From: an uncultured Acidimicrobiaceae bacterium
GTDB lineage: Bacteria; Actinomycetota; Acidimicrobiia; Acidimicrobiales; Bog-793
Length of the DNA stretch: 64,000 bases
Reading direction: 5' to 3'
Assembly: GCA_963725215.1 (NCBI GenBank)
Contig: CAVRXQ010000007.1
Span: 465,294-529,293 of the forward strand
The notes beneath the pieces are model-generated. The model ran no database searches, was not told where the DNA came from, and saw nothing but the letters and a program-made list of their open reading frames with translations. The translations under genes were made by a program, and so were the position numbers. Shown piece after piece: positions 1 through 10,351 of the stretch. Position 1 is the stretch's first letter; each line of letters opens with the position of its first letter.

Positions 1-1017
1 CTCGACTTCGAGGGCATCGCCGAGGATGATCGGCACGATCGCGCTCGGACTGTCCTCGATCGCGTATCCAAGATTGCGCAGCCCATCGCGGATGCGAGCG
101 GTGTTATTCCGGAGAACGCGCACCCGCTCGGGTTCGTCGTTCAGGATCTCAATCGCACGCCGTGCCGACCGTGCGACGGTTGCCGGCAAGGCGTTCGAGA
201 ACAGGCTCGGTCGGGCTCGCTGGACGAGAAGCTCGATGAGCTCAGCGCCTGCCGCGACGTAACCGCCAGCGGCACCGCCAAGTGCTTTGCCGAGAGTGCC
301 GGTCGTGACGTCGACCAAGTTCGCGACCCCGTAGTGCTCCGCCGTGCCGTGTCCGGATTCTCCGAGCACTCCCACTCCGTGGGAGTCGTCGACCACGAGC
401 AGCGCGTCGTAGGTCCGGCACAGCCCCAGGATCTCGGGCAATGAAGCGAGGTCGCCCTCCATCGAGAACACGCCGTCGGTCGCGACCCAGCGGACGCCCG
501 AAGTCGACGCCGATTTGAGCGCGGCTTCCAATTCGGCGAGATCGTTGTGCGCGTAGATCTTGCGATCGACGTCTCGCGACTGGCGGATCGCGTCGATGAT
601 GCTGGCGTGATTGAGCGCGTCAGAGATCACCGTGTCACCCGGCGCCATGACGGTCGGAAAGAGGGCCTCGTTTGCGTTCCAGCAGCTCACGAAGGTGAGC
701 GCGGCTTCCGACGATGACATATCCGCGATCGCGCGCTCGATCTCGCGATGCACGTCGAAGGTCCCACAGATGAACCGCACCGAAGCGGTCCCGGCTCCTC
801 GCGTCCTCAGTCCATCGATCCCCGCTTCGACGACGCGCGGGTCACTTGCGAGTCCGAGGTAGTCGTTCGAGCACAAGACGATCACTTCGCGTCCGTCGAT
901 CGTCGCGACTGGCCCCATCGGGCTCGAGACGGTGTGTGTGTTCTTGTACTGACCCGTCTTGTGGAGATCCTCGATCACCGCGCCCGATCGCCGAGAGAAC
1001 TCCTCCCGGGCACTCAT
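1..1017 (-). CDS. kbl: 2-amino-3-ketobutyrate CoA ligase (glycine C-acetyltransferase); 3' end lies outside the window
   Basis: Own minus-strand translation from ATG at 1017: MSAREEFSRRSGAVIEDLHKTGQYKNTHTV...NDYLGL...DGVFSMEGD...GTLGKALGG, the alpha-oxoamine synthase/PLP-lysine pattern. ATGA overlap with the tdh stop. Absent from the ORF track because it runs off the window edge. Confidence 0.9.
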   Translation of the reverse strand, partial: MSAREEFSRRSGAVIEDLHKTGQYKNTHTVSSPMGPVATIDGREVIVLCSNDYLGLASDPRVVEAGIDGLRTRGAGTASVRFICGTFDVHREIERAIADMSSSEAALTFVSCWNANEALFPTVMAPGDTVISDALNHASIIDAIRQSRDVDRKIYAHNDLAELEAALKSASTSGVRWVATDGVFSMEGDLASLPEILGLCRTYDALLVVDDSHGVGVLGESGHGTAEHYGVANLVDVTTGTLGKALGGAAGGYVAAGAELIELLVQRARPSLFSNALPATVARSARRAIEILNDEPERVRVLRNNTARIRDGLRNLGYAIEDSPSAIVPIILGDALEVE

Positions 1018-2072
1018 CGGCCCCCTCCAATCTCGAAGATCACCTTCAATGCCTCGTGACCTGCCAAGAGTGCGAAGGCATCTTCGTACTTTTCGAGCGG
1101 CAGAACGTGGGTGATGAGGCGATTGGCATCGAAGTTGCCCGTCACCAAGAAGCGCTCGAGCGCGTACCACGTGGCGAAGATCAACCTGCCATTGATCCCG
1201 AGCACGCGCGCGGCCTTGAAGATCACGTCATTTGGGAGGTCGAGCGGAATGGCAGACGCGGGCAAACCGAGCAACGCGGCGGTGCCCCCCTTGGCGAGCG
1301 CGGCGAAACCTCCACGCAGCGCGTCCGGGTTCCCGCTCATCTCGATGAGCACCTCGGGCCCCGAGCCCAATGCTGCGTCCACGACTCGAGTGGACCAGTC
1401 GGAATGTCTCGAGTTCACCGTCACGTCGGCGCCAAACTCTTTCGCCAACGCGAGTCGGCCGTCGTCGATGTCGGTGGCGATGATGTGTGATGCGCCGAGA
1501 TATCGCGAGATCGCGACGCTCGCGAGGCCGATCACCCCGGCGCCCGTGACGAGCACGTCCTTGCCGGAGACCTCCGCCGCCGAAACCGCGTGCATGGCGT
1601 TTCCGAGCGGGTCCAAGATCGCCGCGACGTGGTCGGAAATGCGGGAGTCGAGACGCCAGATGTTGCGCTCGGGCATCGCAAGGTAGGGAGCGAAGCAACC
1701 GTCCCTGTCGACACCGATGATGCTCAGGTTCTCGCAGATGTGTGTCCGCCCCGTTCGGCAGTATTCGCACCGTTGATCCCCGATGTGACCGTCGCCGCTC
1801 ACTCGCTCGCCGACGGTCACCGACGTGACGGCGTCGCCGATGGCGGCGACTGTTCCCATGAACTCGTGGCCGACGATGATGCCGGGCGGGACCCGCGACG
1901 AGCTCCATTCGTCCCAGTCGTAGATGTGACGGTCGGTTCCGCAGATCCCGGCGTAGGCGACTTCGACGAACACGTCGTTAGGACCGATCGAAGGCACCTT
2001 CGCGTCGAAGTCGAGTTCGAGACCGGGCGCTGGGCGCGCCTTTCGTAGCGCGGTCATCGTCTGGTTTCCCAT
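1014..2072 (-). CDS. tdh: L-threonine 3-dehydrogenase (Zn-dependent MDR family)
   Basis: 352-aa ORF with ICGTDRHIY and GHEFMG zinc-ADH motifs and a GAGVIG Rossmann motif. Translationally coupled to kbl, the classical tdh-kbl pair. Confidence 0.92.
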   Translation of the reverse strand: MGNQTMTALRKARPAPGLELDFDAKVPSIGPNDVFVEVAYAGICGTDRHIYDWDEWSSSRVPPGIIVGHEFMGTVAAIGDAVTSVTVGERVSGDGHIGDQRCEYCRTGRTHICENLSIIGVDRDGCFAPYLAMPERNIWRLDSRISDHVAAILDPLGNAMHAVSAAEVSGKDVLVTGAGVIGLASVAISRYLGASHIIATDIDDGRLALAKEFGADVTVNSRHSDWSTRVVDAALGSGPEVLIEMSGNPDALRGGFAALAKGGTAALLGLPASAIPLDLPNDVIFKAARVLGINGRLIFATWYALERFLVTGNFDANRLITHVLPLEKYEDAFALLAGHEALKVIFEIGGGR

Positions 2073-2265
2073 GCCGGGCCTCCGATCCTTCCTGCGGGGA
2101 CGTGCCTACTCCGGTCGTCCCCACCCGAGCAAGCCATTCACGAACGCAGACGTCGAATCGGAGATCCGCCCGTCTGCTGATCCTCACGTGCACGCGGCCT
2201 TGCTTTCACAGGCTGCGTAAATGCCTCATCTGACGCCGTAATCCGCCCGGTCCACGCGGGCGCCC

Positions 2266-2930
2266 TTGTCTAGGCGCGCCCGGTGTGAGTACCGTCAACT
2301 CGCATCAGGATTCTGGGGATTCCTGGGATCGGACGAAGCGCGGGTGGTGAGTGCCTCAAACGCACGCGTGCCGTCTTCGAACTGCAGAAGCAGTCGAACA
2401 TGGACACCGCGCTCCGTCGGACTGATGGTTGTGCCGCTGCAGGTGGCGCTGTTACCCGTGGTCGAGCTGTACCGGGCGTTCGGGTCGGTGACTGGCTTCA
2501 ACCCGTACGGGACTATCGAGGGCGTGGTCATCTACCACGTCGCCTTCGGTCTTCCCTTCGGAATCTTTTTGATGCGCAACTTCTTTCTCGGCATCCCTAA
2601 CGAGCTCGTCGAGACGGGTCGCATCGACGGCGCGGGGGAGTGGCTCTTGTTCCGGAGGTTGATCATCCCCTTGGGCATGCCCGCCATCGCCTCGCTCGCG
2701 ATCCTCCAATTCATCTGGGTGTGGAACGACTTGTTGGTTGCACTCGGCTTCCTCGGCGGCTATCCGCACTATCCGCTTACGATCTATCTCTACGATCAAA
2801 CGCGAACTTTGGCTGCGAACTACTGAGTGATCGCCACCGGAGCCATGGTCTCCATCGTCGTTCCGCTTATCGTCTTCTTCTCCTTCCAGCGTTACTTCGT
2901 GCGGGGAATCCTGGCAGGAGCGGTGAAGTG
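2266..2930 (+). pseudogene. carbohydrate ABC transporter permease (MalG/BPD type) remnant: 5'-truncated, with an in-frame TGA
   Basis: Only the C-terminal ~160 aa are permease-like, including the EAA loop (ETGRIDGAGEWLLFRRLIIPLGMPAIASL). The first ~50 ORF codons are not. TGA at 2824-2826 sits where the family has a conserved Trp. The same frame then continues VIATGAMVSIVVPLIVFFSFQRYFVRGILAGAVK*, the canonical family C-terminus. Confidence 0.75.
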
Positions 2931-3061
2931 ATGTGCATTAGGACAACGATGGGTCGCGGAGCACGGATCGAACCAACTGGTGAAGACAGAGGATTGGAGG
3001 AGCCGTAGCACAGGTCACGCTTCAAAAACTGAAGAAGGTCTACCCGAACGGTTTCGAGGCT

Positions 3062-4177
3062 TTGCACGGGCTTGACCTCCGCGTCGACGACGGCGAGTTC
3101 ATGGTGCTCGTCGGGCCGTCGGGTTGTGGAAAGACGACCGCGATGCGGATGGTCGCAGGCCTCGAAGACATCACGTCCGGCACGCTGTTCTTCGGCGACC
3201 GGGTGATGAACGACACCTCGCCGAGGGACCGAGACGTCGCGATGGTGTTTCAGAACTACGCCCTTTATCCACACATGACCGTCTCAGAGAACATCGGCTT
3301 CGCCTTGCGACTGAAGAAGCTGCCGAAGCCCGAAATCGCGGCGCGCGTGAAAGAGACGGCGCACATCTTGGGTTTGACAGACTGGCTCGACCGCAAGCCC
3401 GGCCAGCTTTCGGGCGGCCAGCGCCAGCGCGTCGCGATGGGTCGAGCGATCATCCGAGAGCCTTCGGTCTTCTTGATGGACGAGCCACTCTCCAACCTCG
3501 ACGCGAAGCTGCGGGTCCAGATGCGCGCCGAGGTGCTCCGGATCCAGCGCCGCATCGGTGTCGCGACGATGTACGTCACCCACGACCAGATCGAGGCGAT
3601 GACGATGGGCGACCGGGTCGCGGTCTTGCGCGAGGGATCACTCCAGCAAGTCGCCGCGCCCCAAGTGCTCTATGACCACCCGGTCAACCTTTTCGTCGCG
3701 GCCTTCATCGGCTCCCCAGCGATGAACTTGTTCGAGGCGGCGCTTTCTGAGGACGCGTCGTCGATTCAGCTCGGAAGTCAGCGTCTCGACGTTCCGGACT
3801 CCGAGCGCCTCACCCGTCCGAAGCTGCGTGCCTATGGTGGCAAGCAGGTCGTCGTCGGCATCCGACCGGAACACCTGAGCCCGCTCGAAAGCGGACAGGA
3901 CCGCGCGGCGATCGAAACCCGAGTTGACCTCGTCGAGGCTCTCGGGAGTGAGTTGTTGGTTCACTTTCAGATCGACGCTAAGCGGGTGAAACCAGAAGGC
4001 GTGGCTGACGACGAGGCGGCCGTGATCGAGGCGGGCGAGATCGAGGTACGCGGCGAAGGTGTGGCTCGCATCGATCCGCGCCTGAGGGTCAAAGCTGGCG
4101 ATTCACTGAGACTGCTCGTCGATTTGAGCCGTTTGCAGTTCTTCGACGTCGACACCGGCGAGGCGATCTGGGAGTAG
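3062..4177 (+). CDS. sugar ABC transporter ATP-binding protein (MsiK/UgpC/MalK type); canonical start apparently lost
   Basis: Walker A GPSGCGKTT, signature LSGGQRQR, Walker B FLMDEPLS and a MalK-like C-terminal regulatory domain. Homology runs upstream to AQVTLQKLKKVYPNG, but the codon at the expected start (3005-3007) is GTA. The first usable start is TTG at 3062. Confidence 0.8.
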   Translation: MHGLDLRVDDGEFMVLVGPSGCGKTTAMRMVAGLEDITSGTLFFGDRVMNDTSPRDRDVAMVFQNYALYPHMTVSENIGFALRLKKLPKPEIAARVKETAHILGLTDWLDRKPGQLSGGQRQRVAMGRAIIREPSVFLMDEPLSNLDAKLRVQMRAEVLRIQRRIGVATMYVTHDQIEAMTMGDRVAVLREGSLQQVAAPQVLYDHPVNLFVAAFIGSPAMNLFEAALSEDASSIQLGSQRLDVPDSERLTRPKLRAYGGKQVVVGIRPEHLSPLESGQDRAAIETRVDLVEALGSELLVHFQIDAKRVKPEGVADDEAAVIEAGEIEVRGEGVARIDPRLRVKAGDSLRLLVDLSRLQFFDVDTGEAIWE

Positions 4178-4238
4178 TTGAGCACCTCATTCGAGCCGTA
4201 CCCTCGCGCCGCGCGCGGCGTGATTCCGCAACGACTAC

Positions 4239-4604
4239 TCAGATGCTCGGTTCCATGAGCTCGATCCGGTTTCCAAAGGGATCGTTCACGTAGACGCGCT
4301 CGTAGCCCGGAATCGGCTCGTCCCCTTCTACCGCGAAACCCTCGCCGCGCAGGCGCTCGGTGAGTTCGTCGAGTCCCGAGACGAGAAAGGCCGGATGTGC
4401 TTTCTTCGCCGGATGAAACTCGTTCTCGACCCCGAGGTGTACCCTCACATTCCCGTTTTCGAACCAACAGCCGCCCCGTTCGGCGAGGTTCGGTGGTTTT
4501 GTGATCTCGGCGAATCCAAGAACCCTGATGTAGAAGTCGCGAGCGGCTGCCTCTTCACCGGGGGGCATTGCGAGCTGGACGTGGTCGACGGCGACGATCG
4601 TCAC
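4239..4604 (-). CDS. VOC/glyoxalase-family protein
   Basis: 121-aa ORF. N-terminal VDHVQLAMP..ARDFYIRVLGF and C-terminal VNDPFGNRIEL are typical VOC fold signatures. Confidence 0.8.
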   Translation of the reverse strand: MTIVAVDHVQLAMPPGEEAAARDFYIRVLGFAEITKPPNLAERGGCWFENGNVRVHLGVENEFHPAKKAHPAFLVSGLDELTERLRGEGFAVEGDEPIPGYERVYVNDPFGNRIELMEPSI

Positions 4605-4691
4605 CTGGTCATGCTTTCACGCCGACGTCGGACAGCGCGCGCGGCCACGTGCTGCACGAACAGCGTTGGCGGGTCCGTGTCTCGAGGTCGA

Positions 4692-5828
4692 TCAGGATTG
4701 GACGGTGACAAGTGCGCCGAGTTGGAGCAACCCGTACGTGCGTTCTGCCTCCGTCCATGGCAGTTCAACGCAGCCGAAGCTTTGTGGGTACCCGTACTGG
4801 CTTCGAGCGATGTAGTGCACTGCGTCTGACCCATTGAAGTACGCGACCCACGAAACAGGATCCGAATACGTGCCGCCGAAGGGACTCGTACCCGACATCA
4901 CTTGGTTTTCGAACCGCAAGTACACGGCAAATGTGCCATCTTCGGTTGGCGAAGCGGAGATTCCGGTGTTGGCGAGGGACTCGAGGACGACGCGGCCGTC
5001 CTGATAAATCGTCAAGGTCTCTGGACGATTGTTGCCGACGTTCTTGTTCACGAGCGCGTAGGTGAATCCCGCAGAGTTGCGGTGCACGCTCGGCCGTCTC
5101 GAAACCCGGAGCAGAGTCGACCAGAACCCCGACGACATTCCGCTTTGCGGCGCGAGATTCTCGGCGCGGTCGAAGGAGACTAATGAGCTCTTGAAGATTT
5201 GCGACATCGATCCCGGTGACCACAGCGCTCGCAGCGCCTGAGGAGCATCGCCGAGGAAAACGAACCGTCCGTGCGGCGCGTCGTACACGGCCCGCTCGAA
5301 CTCGGTCTCGGTCCGCACGATCGGACGGCGTTGGTGCCAAGTGACCGGCAGGTAGCCGAGTTCGGCGAGCAGCTGTTCGGCGCGGACGATCGACCCACCC
5401 TCGGTGGTGAACTTCACGGTGTCCGTCGCGTTGAGGCGAGCTCCGTCCACCCCGACGACCCCGGCCGCTCCTCCCGGGATCGACACCGTGATCTCGCTGT
5501 CGGGCGGGTACCCGCCGAGCGGGGTGAAAACGAGGAGTCGACCCTTCGCCGACCAGGAGCCCGCCACCTGGGGGTTGACCACCGGGATCGCCGAGTTCGC
5601 AAGCACCGGAGCGGAGAATCGGATCGTGATCGGTGATGTCCCGCCGACGTTTTTCGTCCCAAAAGACGGCGAGATCGAGACCACCCGGAGCTTTGCGGCG
5701 CGCGTCGAGGCGGAGGCGCTGGTCGCAGCACCCAGTGTTGCCGCGCAACTCATCGCGACGACCAGCACGATCGAACGGCGGGTCCAAGACGACCTGCGCG
5801 CCCAAGGCGCGCGCCCTTGTTGGCTCAC
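4692..5828 (-). CDS. secreted L,D-transpeptidase (YkuD domain) with an N-terminal Ig-like domain
   Basis: Signal-peptide-like N-terminus (RRSIVLVVAMSCAATLGAATSASA). C-terminal catalytic motif HYIARSQYGYPQSFGCVELP (His...SxGC). Confidence 0.8.
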   Translation of the reverse strand: MSQQGRAPWARRSSWTRRSIVLVVAMSCAATLGAATSASASTRAAKLRVVSISPSFGTKNVGGTSPITIRFSAPVLANSAIPVVNPQVAGSWSAKGRLLVFTPLGGYPPDSEITVSIPGGAAGVVGVDGARLNATDTVKFTTEGGSIVRAEQLLAELGYLPVTWHQRRPIVRTETEFERAVYDAPHGRFVFLGDAPQALRALWSPGSMSQIFKSSLVSFDRAENLAPQSGMSSGFWSTLLRVSRRPSVHRNSAGFTYALVNKNVGNNRPETLTIYQDGRVVLESLANTGISASPTEDGTFAVYLRFENQVMSGTSPFGGTYSDPVSWVAYFNGSDAVHYIARSQYGYPQSFGCVELPWTEAERTYGLLQLGALVTVQS

Positions 5829-5908
5829 GCCTCCACTTTGCCGAGGCGAGGACAGGAACCGTTCGATGTTGTTTAAACCCGAAGCGCTCGGAGCGTCATC
5901 GTCCAGGG

Positions 5909-6442
5909 TTACCGACCGATGGTCGCGAGCAGAGTCGACATATCCTCGGCGTGCTCTTCTTCGACCGCCAGGATCTCTTCCATCATCCGCCGGGAAGTGG
6001 GATCTGATTCACCGAGCCAGCGAATGATCTCCTGGTACGAGGAGACCGCGATCCTTTCGGCAATGAGATCCTCGCGGATCATGTCCTCAAGGCTCGTTCC
6101 CGGCACGTACTCCGAGTGGCTGCGCTCGACGAGCGTGGCGGGGTTCAAGTCCGGCTCCCCTTGGAGCTGCACGATCCGGGCGGCTACCTCGTCGGCGTGT
6201 CCCTGCTCCTCGTTCGCGTGCTCGAGGAACTCGTCGGCGACTGGAGTCGAGTTGATTCCCTGGGCCATGTAGTAGTGGCGCTTGTAGCGCAGCACGCAGA
6301 CGAGCTCGGTCGCTAGGACCTGATTCAAGACGCTGATCACTCGCTCACGGTCCGCCCCGTACGACTCGGTGATCGGGCCCTGGTCGATGTGGGATCTCGC
6401 GTTCGCCCGCAGCGTTTCGATGTCACTGAGGAACTCGCTCAT
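5909..6442 (-). CDS. bfr: bacterioferritin / ferritin-like protein
   Basis: 177-aa ORF with ferritin di-iron ligand spacing: ATELVCVLRYKRHYYMA, EHANEEQGHADE, IAERIAVSSY, EEILAVEEEHAED. Confidence 0.75.
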   Translation of the reverse strand: MSEFLSDIETLRANARSHIDQGPITESYGADRERVISVLNQVLATELVCVLRYKRHYYMAQGINSTPVADEFLEHANEEQGHADEVAARIVQLQGEPDLNPATLVERSHSEYVPGTSLEDMIREDLIAERIAVSSYQEIIRWLGESDPTSRRMMEEILAVEEEHAEDMSTLLATIGR

Positions 6443-6610
6443 CGCCGTCTCCTTGTTCGAGTCGCCCGAATCTAGGTCGGAATCTGCACCGAGTACCTCG
6501 GGTTCGCGAGCCTCGGAGTTCGGTCGTCTGACGTCGAGTCTGTGAGCGTTCTCCGGCGGGGCCGTTCAGTTCTCGGGTGCGTGATTCTTGCGCGAGACGT
6601 GGCGCGACAC

Positions 6611-9229
6611 CTATTCGGTCCGCAACAAGCGTGCGATCGGCGTGCGAGCGGCGACGCGACCGGGCACGAACGCGACGATATTGGCGAGGACGATCGCGCC
6701 GACCGCGACGAGGACGATCGGTACCACCGGGACCGTCGCTCGCGGGACGGCGTAGATCTCACGGGCGAACACCCTCCAAAGCGTTCGACCGGCGAGGATG
6801 CCGAGCGGCACGCCGACCGCCACGCCGAAGAAGGCGGCGATCGAGGCTTGCCAAGAAACAACCGCCCACAGTTGTCGCTTGACAAAACCGAGCGACTTCA
6901 AGAGCGCGAGATCTCGACTTCGCTTACGGACCGAAGCGACAAGTGTGAGTCCGAGCGCCAGTGCCGCTGCGATCGAAAGCCCTGCGGCGAGCGCGGCAGG
7001 CGTTGAACCAATCGTCTTGTAGTTCACGATCTCTGCCGGTTGCTGGACCGACAACGCCTGGAAAGTTCCGCCGCCTGATCTCGGGTCGGCTTGAACCGCC
7101 TTCGAGATCCGCGAGGCAATCTGTTCGATCGACGCCAGTGCCGCAGTTCGCGAAACGCCGTGCCGCACACGAATAACAACGATGGGGAGACCGTTCTGCA
7201 GCGGATCGGGGCTCGAGCTCGCGCGGCGGAGCGCCGGAGGAGCGATGTCCTCTTCGAGAAACACGCCGGAACCCATCGAGGGGTGCAGTGACTGCGTGTT
7301 GCCGATTGCCGGGAAGGTGGCTGTGCCAACGATGCGGACCCGAGTCGGCGGCACGTAGATCGGCGCGTCCTTTGGCGTGCCGTAACTCACGACGACCCAA
7401 TCACCGACGCGCTTGTGGAGCTGCGCGAGGGTCGCGCCGCCGAGGACAACCTGGTGGACGCCTTTCAGGCCGTGCCCAGTGAGGATCGGGGGTGAGATCG
7501 GCGCGTGTGCGTTCGTGAGCAACGCCGGGACGGTGACGCCGTTCACTTGGGGGTTCGCGAAATCGAATGCCGTCCAGCTCGCGACGTATCGGTCAGCCGA
7601 GAGCAGTCGATTCGAGAGCGTCGTGGGCACTGCGCCTCCACCCAGCTCTTCGATCGCGTAGTTCCAGTTCCAGCCGTAGAGCGCAGGGTGCGAAACAAGA
7701 GTGCCGAGACCGCTGCCAAATGTGACCGTCGTGACGAGGACAACGACCGCGACCGCCGCACCGAGGAACGCGGAGGCGATCGGCACCGCGTCGCGGCCGC
7801 GCCCGCGAGCGAGAGCGAAACGCAACCCGACGACCGTTGCGGGAGGCAGGCCGGCTCGCGCCGCGCGCTCGACAATCCGCGACGAATCGATACCGGCCAC
7901 AGCGCCGTCACGAACAACCTCACGACGCATCGAGACGTAGGTGTAGGTGGCGGCGAGCCCCACGAGGCATGCGATGATGATGCCGAATCCCGTCGCGATC
8001 ACAGTCCAATCGAAGTCGACACCGGGAGATGGATCGACCTGTCGTACGGCAGCGATAGGCGCAATGGGGGTAAGGGCGAGTCCCACCGCCGCGGCGAGGA
8101 ACGCACCGACGACGATTGCCGCGACGATGCCCGTCAGCGAATCTGCCGCGATCATCGTCGGGCTTGCGCCGCAAGCTCGCAGGATTTCGAGATCTCGTCG
8201 ATTCGTTCGGACTCCGCGTCCGATCGCCTGGCCGGCAATCACGAGCGCGGCGAGACCGGCGATCGCTCCAAATGCCCCGAGCGCGATTGATTCCGGTTCC
8301 GTCGCGCGTTCGACCTGCGCTTCGACGACCGAAGTGACGTGGAAGTCGTAGGCGCTGCCTCTCGGGAGCAAATCGATGATTTCATGCTCTGCTGCAATGA
8401 CGTCCTTCGCCCCGCGATCGAGGCGGAGGTCGTACCTGGTGAAACCCGCGGCGCGATGGGCGATCATGATCCGGGTAAGCGCCGGCGTATAGAACGCGAA
8501 GACCGGGTACTGATCGACCTCGTCGTGCACCACCGAGTCGTCGAAGGTCACGATCCCAACGAGGCGCATCTTGAAGATCGTGAACGGACGACTCTTGGGA
8601 ACCCCGTTCCCCGTCGACGCGAACGCCTGAGCGAACGTGTACGGTGCGAACGAGATCTCCTGACCGACGTGCCATCCGAGCATTCGCGCCGCCTCGGGGG
8701 TTACGGCGAACTCGTCGACACGCGCCGGATTCGGTACGCGTCCCTGATCGGCGATGACTCGATCTTGGGTGAAGTATTCACCGCCCACACTTCCGACGGT
8801 GCTGATGACGTTGTTCTGGAACTCTGTCGGGAGATACGGTCGTCCGTTGCGACCGATGGGGGCCAGAAACATCTGCACTCCGCCACCGACGTGACGGACA
8901 TGTGGTAAGTCGGCGATCTCGCGCGTGAAACTCCGCGAATAAAGGCACGCGGCAGCGGTCCTGCAGCCTCCGATATACGACAGAACCTGTAGGTGCGACG
9001 CGTTCGTTTTCGTTAGAGCGGCAGGGAAGGCCGACTGCGTGCGACGTGCCCCCACGATCGCGCCGATGGCAAGTCCGCCGATCAAGCCGACGATCAGCAC
9101 GAGCGCGACATATTCACCGCGGCGACGACGCAACGTTGTGCGGAATCGGTACGAGGCAAAGCGCGCGAGTGAGCTACTCACGATCTCGCACTCGGTGCAT
9201 TCTCCCGGAGCCCCCCGTCGTCCGAGCAC
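6611..9229 (-). CDS. ABC transporter permease, FtsX/MacB-like with two FtsX domains
   Basis: 872-aa polytopic ORF. C-terminal FtsX signature LALLKSLGFVKRQLWAVVSWQASIAAFFGVAVGVPLGILAGR, with a matching internal copy (LEILRACGASPTMIAADSLTGIVAAIVVGAF). Exact start uncertain. Confidence 0.8.
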   Translation of the reverse strand: MLGRRGAPGECTECEIVSSSLARFASYRFRTTLRRRRGEYVALVLIVGLIGGLAIGAIVGARRTQSAFPAALTKTNASHLQVLSYIGGCRTAAACLYSRSFTREIADLPHVRHVGGGVQMFLAPIGRNGRPYLPTEFQNNVISTVGSVGGEYFTQDRVIADQGRVPNPARVDEFAVTPEAARMLGWHVGQEISFAPYTFAQAFASTGNGVPKSRPFTIFKMRLVGIVTFDDSVVHDEVDQYPVFAFYTPALTRIMIAHRAAGFTRYDLRLDRGAKDVIAAEHEIIDLLPRGSAYDFHVTSVVEAQVERATEPESIALGAFGAIAGLAALVIAGQAIGRGVRTNRRDLEILRACGASPTMIAADSLTGIVAAIVVGAFLAAAVGLALTPIAPIAAVRQVDPSPGVDFDWTVIATGFGIIIACLVGLAATYTYVSMRREVVRDGAVAGIDSSRIVERAARAGLPPATVVGLRFALARGRGRDAVPIASAFLGAAVAVVVLVTTVTFGSGLGTLVSHPALYGWNWNYAIEELGGGAVPTTLSNRLLSADRYVASWTAFDFANPQVNGVTVPALLTNAHAPISPPILTGHGLKGVHQVVLGGATLAQLHKRVGDWVVVSYGTPKDAPIYVPPTRVRIVGTATFPAIGNTQSLHPSMGSGVFLEEDIAPPALRRASSSPDPLQNGLPIVVIRVRHGVSRTAALASIEQIASRISKAVQADPRSGGGTFQALSVQQPAEIVNYKTIGSTPAALAAGLSIAAALALGLTLVASVRKRSRDLALLKSLGFVKRQLWAVVSWQASIAAFFGVAVGVPLGILAGRTLWRVFAREIYAVPRATVPVVPIVLVAVGAIVLANIVAFVPGRVAARTPIARLLRTE

Positions 9230-9576
9230 CTATCGGTCGAGCCAGTGCCTAATAAAGCATCGACGTCGCGTGCCCGACTCGGCAAGGTTGCCAACCCATT
9301 GTCGCCGCCCGTGCCTGCACCACCTCTCGGTCTTCCGCCCCCCAACGAGCCGAGCGCGGCAATGCAGCCTCCTGGAATGGTCCCTGGTCCTGTTGCGTCG
9401 CGGCCGAGCGCGCTTGCTCGAAAGATCTAGATGCCGAAATCCGCGAGCACCGAGATTTTTCGGGTTAGACCCGGAGGGATCGTGCCCTCGTCTGCCTAGC
9501 CTTCACGGACAACTCGTCGGCGAAGCACCACCGCAGTCTTCATCGGATCTGTTGGCTCGGATTGAACTGACATGAC

Positions 9577-9987
9577 TCACGAGACCGCGGCTGAGCGACC
9601 GGATTGAAGCGCGAACCAGATGAGCGGGATCTGCACCGGAAAGCGGATCCAGAGAAGCACCTGGGTCGTGACGTCGTGGCCCCGTTGGGCAGTGATGGCG
9701 TCTTGCAGATTGGCGGGCCAGATGACCACCAACAGCACCGCGGCGGCGATCCCCGCCCACCGGTCCCGACTCCACAGCCCCACCGCGCAGATGAGCTCGG
9801 CGACCCCGCTCACATAAACGAGCGCAGTCCGCAGAGGGAGGAAATGGGGGACGATTCCGGCGAAGAACGCCGGATCGGCGAGGTGGACGACTCCGCTCAC
9901 CGAAAACGGAGCCGCGACTAACCAGGGAAGGTAGGAGCGGTACCGAGTGAGCCGTCGAACGCTGCTACCCGTTGCCGTCACCGGCAC
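9577..9987 (-). CDS. DoxX-like membrane protein
   Basis: 136 aa. HLADPAFFAGIVPHFLPLRTALVYVSGVAELICAVGLW...VIWPANLQ matches the DoxX-like family pattern. Confidence 0.7.
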   Translation of the reverse strand: MPVTATGSSVRRLTRYRSYLPWLVAAPFSVSGVVHLADPAFFAGIVPHFLPLRTALVYVSGVAELICAVGLWSRDRWAGIAAAVLLVVIWPANLQDAITAQRGHDVTTQVLLWIRFPVQIPLIWFALQSGRSAAVS

Positions 9988-10351
9988 ACCCTAGGTTCGG
10001 TGCCCCGAACGCCGGCACCGACAGGGAATCGACGGGGTCAGGGTCGCGCATCAAAGCGGTCGATTCACATTGCGGCGGCCACGCGAAGCCTCGCTCGATC
10101 GAGGTATGCATGGAAATGTTGCCCGCCCTCAGGCACCACAGCGCGCGCGTCGATCTCGGGAAGCCCGATGTGCTTCAAGTCGTGAAGCCGGTGCGGGGCA
10201 AGCTCGACTCCACAGACGCGCGACGTCGAACTCGACGGCCAGGACCTTTGCTCAGCTGCGCACCGGCGGGCGGAGCCACACGCGCTGGAATCCCCTTGTT
10301 GCTCAGTCGGCGCAGTGCGAGACTCGGGCGGGTCAGATGGGGGATCGAAGA

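Noticed and set aside
2073-2265. Glycine or other riboswitch in the tdh-kbl leader
   Set aside because: I could not find the conserved glycine-riboswitch core sequences or any convincing nested helices by eye.
2824-2826. TGA read as Trp (alternative genetic code)
   Set aside because: TGA sits at a conserved Trp position in the permease, and several TGAs interrupt a protein-like frame at 21000-21370. However, TGA clearly terminates many conserved genes here (ppdK, lepA, addB and the ATGA-coupled pairs), so the standard code applies.
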